DNA of 35,201 nucleotides from an uncultured archaeon. Lineage in GTDB: Archaea; Asgardarchaeota; Thorarchaeia; Thorarchaeales; Thorarchaeaceae. The notes below the pieces were generated by a model that did no database searches, was not told the origin of the DNA, and saw only the letters and a list, made by a program, of their open reading frames with translations. Numbering within the stretch: the first letter of the stretch is position 1; each line of letters opens with the position of its first letter. The stretch covers positions 1 through 35,201 of the forward strand of contig CAYWJO010000032.1 of NCBI GenBank assembly GCA_964458565.1, written 5' to 3'. Shown piece by piece: positions 28,165 through 35,201 of the stretch. The translations under genes were made by a program, and so were the position numbers.

Positions 28165-28614
28165 ATGACCGAAACTATGAATGCTTTGAAGCCCATGTTG
28201 AAAGTAGCAATGGCGACAGTAGGAAATCATTTTCATTTCTATTCCCGTGCAGCTGATACTGTTGAAACCCCTAGAGTGAAGGCTCTTCTCATGGTTTTAA
28301 CTGAATCAGAAGAGGAACTATTGGAAAAGATAGAGGACATGATGCTTACAGGGGTTGTTGATGAGATTCAGGAAATAAGTGGTCTCAAAATGGATAGTCC
28401 AGACGCAATGCCCTTTGACCTTACTCGTGAAGATACTGATCCCAGAATTTACATATGTAATAGAGCTTTAGAGCAAGAGATTAAGGCATTCACTTTCTTT
28501 CTTTCAATTGCCTCCCGTGCAAAATCAGAGGTCATAAGCAGAGTCTTCGAGTACTTTGCGTATGTAAAATCTCAGCAGATTCAACGTATACGAAACGTCT
28601 GCAGCACATTCTGA
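28165..28614 (+). CDS. ferritin-like (rubrerythrin-fold) protein with degenerate metal site
   Basis: two helix-pair repeats (..FYSRAAD..VKALL..L..SE / ALEQEIKAFTFF..A..VFEYFA). Confidence 0.65.
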   Translation: MTETMNALKPMLKVAMATVGNHFHFYSRAADTVETPRVKALLMVLTESEEELLEKIEDMMLTGVVDEIQEISGLKMDSPDAMPFDLTREDTDPRIYICNRALEQEIKAFTFFLSIASRAKSEVISRVFEYFAYVKSQQIQRIRNVCSTF

Positions 28615-28696
28615 TTCTCTTCATTCTTTTTCGGCCAAATTCTACCTCCTAATACTTAGAACACGTGTTCCAATAATTCACAAAATCGCAGGGCGC

Positions 28697-28749
28697 TTTT
28701 TATATTTTATATAAATATATTTATATACATATGATTAATTAATATAAAT
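28697..28749. promoter_or_regulatory. AT-rich tract containing a 20-bp palindrome; probable promoter/operator
   Basis: TATATAAATATATTTATATA at 28708-28727 inside an almost purely AT stretch. Confidence 0.5.
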
Positions 28750-28842
28750 CAAGGGCCTCTGAGGCTGTCCTGAACGTCTGGACCCGAATCCGTTCCATCG
28801 GAAGTGATGGGGTCCGAGGGTCCGAAAATTGGTGATTTCGAA

Positions 28843-29235
28843 ATGGTGTCGGTACCGAAAATAGAAAAACCTGTCATGATACCTCCAATTCTACTGGTTG
28901 ATTATGACGACTTCAAGAACTATGCAAATGACGCTGTTCTTGTGACTTACGATGTGGAATTCTTCAATGGTCCATTTCTGGATGTTGAAAAGAAATTTAG
29001 GAGATTGACTCTCCATGCCATTGGGGTAAAGATAGAAAGCGTTCCACTAACTTTCAAGTTTGTGCTTGACTATAACTCCCTTGAATTGCAGGGTACAGAT
29101 TGGGTGCAAAAGACAACTGATTTGGACGCTCTTGTTAGGAATATTCTTGATGAATTGAATAGTAGTGTCCGACTAGTTAGAGGTACTATTGATCAAGAAC
29201 AAGAGATTGGTGCTGTATTGTCAGCTGTCTACTAG
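28843..29235 (+). CDS. hypothetical protein
   Basis: ATG 28843 follows a GGTGA RBS; no motif recognised. Confidence 0.7.
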   Translation: MVSVPKIEKPVMIPPILLVDYDDFKNYANDAVLVTYDVEFFNGPFLDVEKKFRRLTLHAIGVKIESVPLTFKFVLDYNSLELQGTDWVQKTTDLDALVRNILDELNSSVRLVRGTIDQEQEIGAVLSAVY

Positions 29236-29327
29236 TATGCTCTCACACTATCAATCCTGATTCAGAGTCAAAATCAACAAACCATTATCGTTATCAGCAT
29301 ATGCCTCTTACTACTATTTGAACAAGT

Positions 29328-29855
29328 TTGACCGAAAGGGAACCAGTACCCATTGAAGACATTCTTCCAAGAATTTTACAGGACTACTCCGATGAACCCC
29401 GCGGCTGGAGAATCCTATCGACACCTATAGGTGACATGCTAGTTTTTGGTCCTACTTCTTCTTTTCAACTGAAACTAATCCCTCTTGGTCCCCAGAAATA
29501 CACAGGTGCTGGTGTTGAGATAACTGAATCCAAGAAGACACTCAAACGAATAAGTCGAACTCCTGAATTCGGGTTGAGACCATTAAGCTCTGGGGATATT
29601 ACAGACCTGATTCAAGCTTTTGATGACCCCCAGACCTCTAGTTTGAAGATACAATCAATACTGAGTCGAACACCTCAATCACATTCTGATTTAGCTGAAT
29701 CAGATGTTGACCACATCTTATCCGGTCCAATACTTACACGTCCTGATTTTGGTTCATTAGACCCGGAAATTCTGAAGAGACAACTATTACTTGACCGTTC
29801 TGCTTCTGATGTGTTTAGAAGACGTTATCCAATGAGGTCTGGAATGTATTTCTAG
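29328..29855 (+). CDS. hypothetical protein
   Basis: 175 aa ORF co-oriented with its neighbours; no motif recognised. Confidence 0.7.
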   Translation: MTEREPVPIEDILPRILQDYSDEPRGWRILSTPIGDMLVFGPTSSFQLKLIPLGPQKYTGAGVEITESKKTLKRISRTPEFGLRPLSSGDITDLIQAFDDPQTSSLKIQSILSRTPQSHSDLAESDVDHILSGPILTRPDFGSLDPEILKRQLLLDRSASDVFRRRYPMRSGMYF

Positions 29856-29932
29856 TGTTGCCAGACCAAAATCCTATTACGGCTTTTTGCAAAATCTAGG
29901 ACTCAGTTGCATGGACTGTAAGGGAACTAACC

Positions 29933-30409
29933 ATGATACGCAATATCTTCATCATTGATAATGATGGCAATAGTCTGGTTGCGGTAAACTTTGGAGAATG
30001 CCATTCCTTAAGCGAGAACTCTCGCGTGGTTTCTGGATTTATTAGCGCAATTCATAATTTCTCAAGAAACCTCTCTGGTGAAGGAGCTAACGAGATTCGA
30101 TTAGGTGATCTCTTTTTCCTCATTCGAAATCATAATGATTTTCTATTTGTGTTGACAGCAGACACTGATAACAGAGACGAAAATACGCGTAAATTACAGA
30201 CTATCAGATCACTCTTTATTGAGAGATACGCAGAATATCTCACCGATAACATTGATTCCATTGATAGTACAGTGTTTGATGATTTTGGTTCCTTGCTCAT
30301 TTCTTCAGGGATTGCGGAGTATAATTGTGGTGATAATCCCACCTGCGAAGAATGTGAGAATCGCCACAAGATGCTGCCCCTAGATGAAATGACTGATCAG
30401 ATATCATGA
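29933..30409 (+). CDS. longin-domain protein with C-terminal Cys motif (eukaryotic signature protein)
   Basis: MIRNIFIIDNDG, VSGFISAIHNFS, FLFVLTAD, IRSLFIERY fit the Asgard longin pattern; tail CGDNPTCEEC. Confidence 0.8.
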   Translation: MIRNIFIIDNDGNSLVAVNFGECHSLSENSRVVSGFISAIHNFSRNLSGEGANEIRLGDLFFLIRNHNDFLFVLTADTDNRDENTRKLQTIRSLFIERYAEYLTDNIDSIDSTVFDDFGSLLISSGIAEYNCGDNPTCEECENRHKMLPLDEMTDQIS

Positions 30410-30456
30410 AGAAGTGATGGTAGGTCAGACGTGATTTGAATACGTGACCACCACAT
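30409..30456 (-). repeat. degenerate tRNA 3'-half repeat (copy B1)
   Basis: AAGAAGTGATGGTAGGTCAGACGTGATTTGAATACGTGACCACCACAT, direct repeat of 31542-31587. Confidence 0.75.
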
Positions 30457-30499
30457 ATTGACGATGAACGAAGTATAACAACTACAGTTAGGTTTCAAC

Positions 30500-30778
30500 T
30501 TAACGTTGGCTTACCTTCTCAATCGCTTGAAGTACTTCATCCACTTTCATCTGGGAAAGAATTCCTCTGATGGCATCAAGTTCGCTCTGGCTTCTTATTA
30601 TGATCCCCATCTTATTGATTGGATTTCCACTTTCACCAATCGGATTAATCTCAACAGCTAAGTAGGCTGGCCCATCCTTTGATTGAGGTATCTTTCTGAT
30701 GAATATTCCAGGTTCATCAGTCCGTAATCGTTCCCATTTCCTCCCGTGTCTGAGCATATCTCTCAGTGATGCTTCCAT
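30500..30778 (-). CDS. small archaeal hypothetical protein
   Basis: WERLRT..PGIFIRKIP...LAVEINP pattern recalled from small archaeal proteins; GAGTGA RBS. Confidence 0.7.
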   Translation of the reverse strand: MEASLRDMLRHGRKWERLRTDEPGIFIRKIPQSKDGPAYLAVEINPIGESGNPINKMGIIIRSQSELDAIRGILSQMKVDEVLQAIEKVSQR

Positions 30779-30908
30779 TCAAATCACTCATTTATCTTAA
30801 TTAACCGTCTTGATAAATTATATTGCATCTTGTCTGTGCAACAGATACTCAGGTCCGAATATCTTACGTGCCATGACATATATAATAGCAGTTTATTCAC
30901 TTGAGAAT

Positions 30909-31394
30909 ATGAAAGAAAAATCCAAGTTTTCAGTTACATTCAAGGATGATTCAATTGTAAAGCTTGTGAGAAAGACTGACCACAGAACATTAGCCATCTG
31001 GGCAGTTGATTGTGTCGAGCGTGTCATGCCATACTTTGAGGAAGCGCACCCAGAAGACCCCCGTCCCCGAAAAGCTATTGAAACACTCCAAAAATGGATA
31101 CATACTGGAATATTCAAGATGGCAGATATACGCAAAGCTTCACTTGATGCTCATGCGGCTGCTCGCGAGGTGGGAGAAGATAATGCTGCTCGCTCTGCTG
31201 CTCGTGCCGCAGGTCAAGCGGTGGCAACTGCACACGTTCCCACTCATTCTATTGCTGCCGCAAATTATGCCTTACAGGCTATTCATAGAACCGTCAAACC
31301 CTCTGATGTCGATGCTGCCATAGCCAAAGAACGAGATTGGCAATACCAGCATTTACTTGAATTGAAGAATAGTAATCCTAGTTTACAGCCTTGA
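30909..31394 (+). CDS. Imm5-like putative immunity protein
   Basis: DHRTLAIWAVDCVERV..FE...PEDPRPRKAIE, AHAAAR, AARAAGQAVATAHVPTH; start moved to ATG 30909. Confidence 0.8.
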   Translation: MKEKSKFSVTFKDDSIVKLVRKTDHRTLAIWAVDCVERVMPYFEEAHPEDPRPRKAIETLQKWIHTGIFKMADIRKASLDAHAAAREVGEDNAARSAARAAGQAVATAHVPTHSIAAANYALQAIHRTVKPSDVDAAIAKERDWQYQHLLELKNSNPSLQP

Positions 31395-31541
31395 AAAACT
31401 ATGTTACATCTTGTAGGAGTTTTTTCACGCAGAAACTCTCAGACAATACGGATTTTACTAGAGTGTTGATTCATGAGAAAGTAGTTGACACTTCTCTAGA
31501 TTTTGTCAAATCCAGAGCATAAGCTGCAACAATGAACTAGC

Positions 31542-31588
31542 AAGAAGTGATGGTGGGCCGGACGGGATTTGAACATGACCACCGCACG
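31542..31588 (-). repeat. tRNA 3'-half repeat (copy B2)
   Basis: minus strand ..GTGCGGTGGTCATGTTCAAATCCCGTCCGGCCCACCA-TCACTTCTT: T-loop, T-stem, acceptor strand, ACCA and a pyrimidine trailer. Confidence 0.8.
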
Positions 31589-31703
31589 TTTGAATGTGCG
31601 TGGAAGTCAAGCACATGTGTCATAGAATATGCTTTGAAAAGCAAACATATATAGGCTTATACGTTTGTATAAACAAACATATTTTGCTATTGAGGAATGC
31701 TGC

Positions 31704-32453
31704 TTGAGTGAAGATATTCCAGACCTCTTCCGAGATATTGTGTTGACTCCCGAAGGAGAGAGTCCAATCAAGGAAGTCATGTTCATTACTGATGAGAAAT
31801 CAGCTAGGGCATTTGACCACGAGGCACGTGTAGCCATTCTTACAATTCTCGCACGTGGTATAAAGGACAGGTCCACATCTGTTCAATATGATCAGGAGAG
31901 TGATGTACGAACTGAAACAACTAAGAGAGTAGTTCGAACTGCACTCTCAGTCATAGAGATTGTAAAAATGTCTAAGAAATATGATGATGTCATGCCGCTT
32001 ACTCGCAATCAAATCTATCATCATCTCCCAGTAATGATTGATAGTGGCATCATAGTAAAGCATGGCACTGTACAAAATGGGAATAGATTCACAGATTATT
32101 ACAGACGTACTGCGATAAGTTATGTCTTGACATTAGAAACGCCTGACTATGGGGATGAATTTCTTAGGAAAATAGAATCAGATAGATTAGACAAACTTCT
32201 ATCGATGTTTACATTGAGTCTTGATAATTCCCAGCAGAAGAAACTTCTCGAATTGAGAGTTAAAATGCAAAAACTCCAAGACCGTTGGCGTCCAATGATT
32301 GCTAAGATGGCACAAGATGATGTCACGGACCGAGAGATCATTCGTTTCTATCACTGGCTACTTGACATCTACTCCTTGATGAATCCGGAGTACATTGAGT
32401 TAGGTAAGAGTATTGCGAAGATTCTGTTCCCTGAAGCTTTGGAGGGTCAGTAA
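31704..32453 (+). CDS. ArsR-like winged-helix transcriptional regulator
   Basis: AFDHEARVAILTIL, LSVIEI, LTRNQIYHHLPVMIDSGII, TDYYRRTA; probable TTG start after GAGG. Confidence 0.75.
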   Translation: MSEDIPDLFRDIVLTPEGESPIKEVMFITDEKSARAFDHEARVAILTILARGIKDRSTSVQYDQESDVRTETTKRVVRTALSVIEIVKMSKKYDDVMPLTRNQIYHHLPVMIDSGIIVKHGTVQNGNRFTDYYRRTAISYVLTLETPDYGDEFLRKIESDRLDKLLSMFTLSLDNSQQKKLLELRVKMQKLQDRWRPMIAKMAQDDVTDREIIRFYHWLLDIYSLMNPEYIELGKSIAKILFPEALEGQ

Positions 32454-33838
32454 TGAGAGACATTGGTCACATGGCTGTGGAAGCTGCAAGAGATGCGGGT
32501 GCAGATTTTGCTGATGTACGAGTTGAACGGACACAGAAGTTCAGTATTGAGGTGCATGATAGTATCCCGAGAAAGGGACTTGTCGCGAAGATTACAGGAG
32601 CTGGAATACGTGTACTTGTAGCAGGGTCATGGGGTTTTTGTCCAACCTCTAATCTGGATCCAAGTAATATTCGAGAAGTCGCTAGGGCTGCTGTTGAGCT
32701 TGCGGTATCAAACAAGGATAGGGTCAAGAAAGTGTTTGAGATAGAACTTGACACCTGTGTTGATGAGGCAAAGACCCCAGTGAAGGTCCCATTACAGAAT
32801 GTATCGATTGAAGAGAAGTTAGCTCTACTCAAGGAGCTCAACAAAGAGGCGAGTGATATTGATGCTAGGGTGTTCAACTCACGAACAGCCTATCAAGAAA
32901 CAGTCACTAGCCTTCAAATAATCAACTCTCTTGGTACAGATGTTCATCTTGAATTGTCCATACCTTGGCTCAAGATTTTTGTTGCAGCACGTGAAAACTC
33001 TAGTAGTCAAAGGGGAGTCGCTAGACTTGGAGGGAGTGGCGGTTTTGAGCAGATGAACTATGAGAATGCCCGTGCTACCTTGGAGGAATCGGCAACTCTT
33101 GCCTTGGAAAAACTAGATTCTACCACTGTAAAGGGTGGTACATATGATGTGATTACTGACCCTGACCTGACAGGGGTGCTTGCTCACGAAGCCTTTGGAC
33201 ATGCATGTGAGGCAGATAACTGGGTCTCTAATGTGACGATTTTCAGAGGGCGCTTGGGAAAGAAACTGGGCTCTGAGGTCATCAATATCAGTGATGACCC
33301 TACTATCCTTGGATTGAGAGGGTCCTTTGCTTATGACTGGGAGGGAACAAAGACAAGAAAGCGTGAGCTGATAAAGAATGGTCGACTGAATGAATTGCTT
33401 CATACCCTTGAAACCGCCTCACGGATGAATTTAGAATGTACTGGTGCTGCTCGTTGTGAATCATTCATGTTTGAACCAATTCCTAGGATGGGCAACACTT
33501 TCTTTGAACCTGGTGACTGGAAGGTTGAGGAACTAATTGAAGACACTAAATCGGGTCTGATTCTATGTGGAATAGGTGGAGGGTACACCATGTCGAGCAG
33601 GGGCGTCTATGCCTTCATGTCAACCCATGGATATCTGATTGAATCAGGTGAACGAAGTCAGATCATCAGAGGTACCACCATCTCAGGAGAACATCTTGGA
33701 ACCTTAGTGAAGATTGACGCTCTTTGTGATGACTTCAGGATGAACTCTGGAACCTGTGGAAAGGCTGACCAGCACGTTCCTGACATGTCTGGCGGACCAC
33801 ATATACGAATACGCAATATGGTCGTAGGAGGTCAATAA
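32453..33838 (+). CDS. tldD: TldD metalloprotease subunit
   Basis: FADVR, GAGIRV, HEAFGHACEAD, DDPT, PIPRMGNT, CGK..Q.VP motifs. Confidence 0.93.
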   Translation: MRDIGHMAVEAARDAGADFADVRVERTQKFSIEVHDSIPRKGLVAKITGAGIRVLVAGSWGFCPTSNLDPSNIREVARAAVELAVSNKDRVKKVFEIELDTCVDEAKTPVKVPLQNVSIEEKLALLKELNKEASDIDARVFNSRTAYQETVTSLQIINSLGTDVHLELSIPWLKIFVAARENSSSQRGVARLGGSGGFEQMNYENARATLEESATLALEKLDSTTVKGGTYDVITDPDLTGVLAHEAFGHACEADNWVSNVTIFRGRLGKKLGSEVINISDDPTILGLRGSFAYDWEGTKTRKRELIKNGRLNELLHTLETASRMNLECTGAARCESFMFEPIPRMGNTFFEPGDWKVEELIEDTKSGLILCGIGGGYTMSSRGVYAFMSTHGYLIESGERSQIIRGTTISGEHLGTLVKIDALCDDFRMNSGTCGKADQHVPDMSGGPHIRIRNMVVGGQ

Positions 33839-35188
33839 TTGAAAGAAACACTCTTTGAGATTGGTGAGAGGCTATTAAGGTCTGCAGATAGGAAGAATAT
33901 CAGTCAGACTGAGGTCTATCTTGAATCCCTACAACGCAGAAAGCTCACCGTCGAAGGTGGGTCTGTTAAAACTGCAAAGAGAATCAATGACCAAGGTGTG
34001 GGGATACGAACTGCAATTGGAAGTCAGTTGGGTTTTGCATACACAACATCTCTAGCCTTTTCCGACTGTCAAGATGTTCTTGAGCAGTCAGCTACTCTCG
34101 CACGTGTCAATGACGAAGATCCCCTCTTTGTCGAGTTCCCTACTAGTGTAACATCTTATCCCCGAGTTTCTGGAATCTATGACAAAAGACTCACTAACCT
34201 GAAATCAGAGGAGATATCAACACTACTCTTTCGTGCAGTTGAGAGTAATCAAAATCACTTACGCGCTGGAGAGGTTATAATCTATGGGGATTTGGTAGTC
34301 ACTACAAAATCAATTGCTGTTCTGAATTCCAACGCAGTTCAAACCTTCAATGAACGGACTCAAATCATGCTTGAGATAGATTCGACTCTCAGAACCGATG
34401 ATCAACAACTGACCAGCTATGAGTCTCAATGCGGTACAAGATTGGCAGATGTTGATCCGGAGTGGGTGGGTCAGACTGCAGCGGAGAACACACTCAGAAT
34501 GATACATCCTAAACCAGTGGAGAATAAGCGGATGCCACTCGTGCTCTCACCTAGGACCTTAGAATCACTATTTGGGATGGGCTTCACCTCAGCAGTCAAT
34601 GCTGAGAACTATCTCACTGGTCAGTCCTATCTCAATGGGTTGTTGGAGTCAGATGTTGCATCTGAGGATTTGGTGATAGTAGATGATGGCAGTCTTGAGG
34701 GCGGCTATAATTCCTCCCCCTTTGATGGTGAGGGAAGTCCATCATCACAGACCGAGATTCTAGAGGGTGGAATTCTCAAGAGTCTACTTCACAGTTCCTA
34801 TACTGCAAATGCTTCAGGTTCTACTAACACGGGTAATGCAGTTCGAGACTCATATTCGGCCCTTCCATCAGTAGGTAGAACAAACCTTCAAATCAAGCCA
34901 GGTAAGGGTACTTTGGAGGACTTATTGTCAGAGATGAGTGAGGGTATCTATTGTCAGTTGTCCTTGGATCAGCCAAATTCTCTCACTGGGGAAATCAATG
35001 CACTGATCATGGAGGGATTCTACATCAAGGACGGTAAGATTCAACATCCTGTGAGAAACACAACCTTTGGAATAAACATGTGTGATCTGTTGAATAGGAT
35101 TGTACGTATTGGTGATGACACAAGAATGATGGAAGGATTCCTGAGTCCCAGTGTATTAATTGAATCAGTGGTTGTTACTTCGGATTGA
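33839..35188 (+). CDS. pmbA: PmbA/TldE subunit
   Basis: GVGIRT, PFDGEG, STNTGNA, GFYIKDGKI motifs; lacks HExxxH; directly follows tldD. Confidence 0.9.
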   Translation: MKETLFEIGERLLRSADRKNISQTEVYLESLQRRKLTVEGGSVKTAKRINDQGVGIRTAIGSQLGFAYTTSLAFSDCQDVLEQSATLARVNDEDPLFVEFPTSVTSYPRVSGIYDKRLTNLKSEEISTLLFRAVESNQNHLRAGEVIIYGDLVVTTKSIAVLNSNAVQTFNERTQIMLEIDSTLRTDDQQLTSYESQCGTRLADVDPEWVGQTAAENTLRMIHPKPVENKRMPLVLSPRTLESLFGMGFTSAVNAENYLTGQSYLNGLLESDVASEDLVIVDDGSLEGGYNSSPFDGEGSPSSQTEILEGGILKSLLHSSYTANASGSTNTGNAVRDSYSALPSVGRTNLQIKPGKGTLEDLLSEMSEGIYCQLSLDQPNSLTGEINALIMEGFYIKDGKIQHPVRNTTFGINMCDLLNRIVRIGDDTRMMEGFLSPSVLIESVVVTSD

Positions 35189-35201
35189 TAACATCTTTGA
35201 G

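Noticed and set aside
28697-28749. Replication origin
   Set aside because: AT-rich, but no ORB repeats or orc1/cdc6 gene in the window
1-35201. CRISPR array, integrase, transposase or rRNA
   Set aside because: No regularly spaced repeats and no recombinase, transposase or rRNA signatures seen; top1 shares the tyrosine-recombinase fold but has the topoisomerase cap domain

Overview
Archaeal chromosomal segment, most likely from an Asgard archaeon (Thorarchaeota-like; inferred from a longin-domain protein, a eukaryote-type topoisomerase IB and the archaeal gene set). Positions ~1.4-12.9 kb (minus strand) are a conserved core superoperon: rpp21, yhbY, rps19e, PDCD5, rpl39e, rpl31e, eIF6, rpl18a, pfdA, ftsY, argF, pfkB kinase, ftsZ, secE, spt5, rpl11, rpl1, rpl10, rpl12. 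An HDAC-family gene follows it and nep1 diverges from it. Two convergent tRNA-Gly genes (TCC at 14724; GCC at 24449 with two BHB-type introns) bracket a ~9.5 kb variable region holding topoisomerase IB, DUF362, an amidohydrolase, an SPFH-like/SRPBCC fusion, an orphan peptide-binding protein, a GNAT and a 5'-truncated Fe-S gene. The right part carries tandem acyltransferase-3 paralogues, pyrE, a degenerate ferritin-like protein, a longin protein, an Imm5-like protein, a wHTH regulator and tldD/pmbA. The main signals not explained by the ORF track are four orphan tRNA 3'-end fragments in two matched pairs that bracket small gene cassettes with no integrase in the window, a C2HC zinc finger inserted in Spt5, and structured leaders upstream of rpl11 and rps19e.
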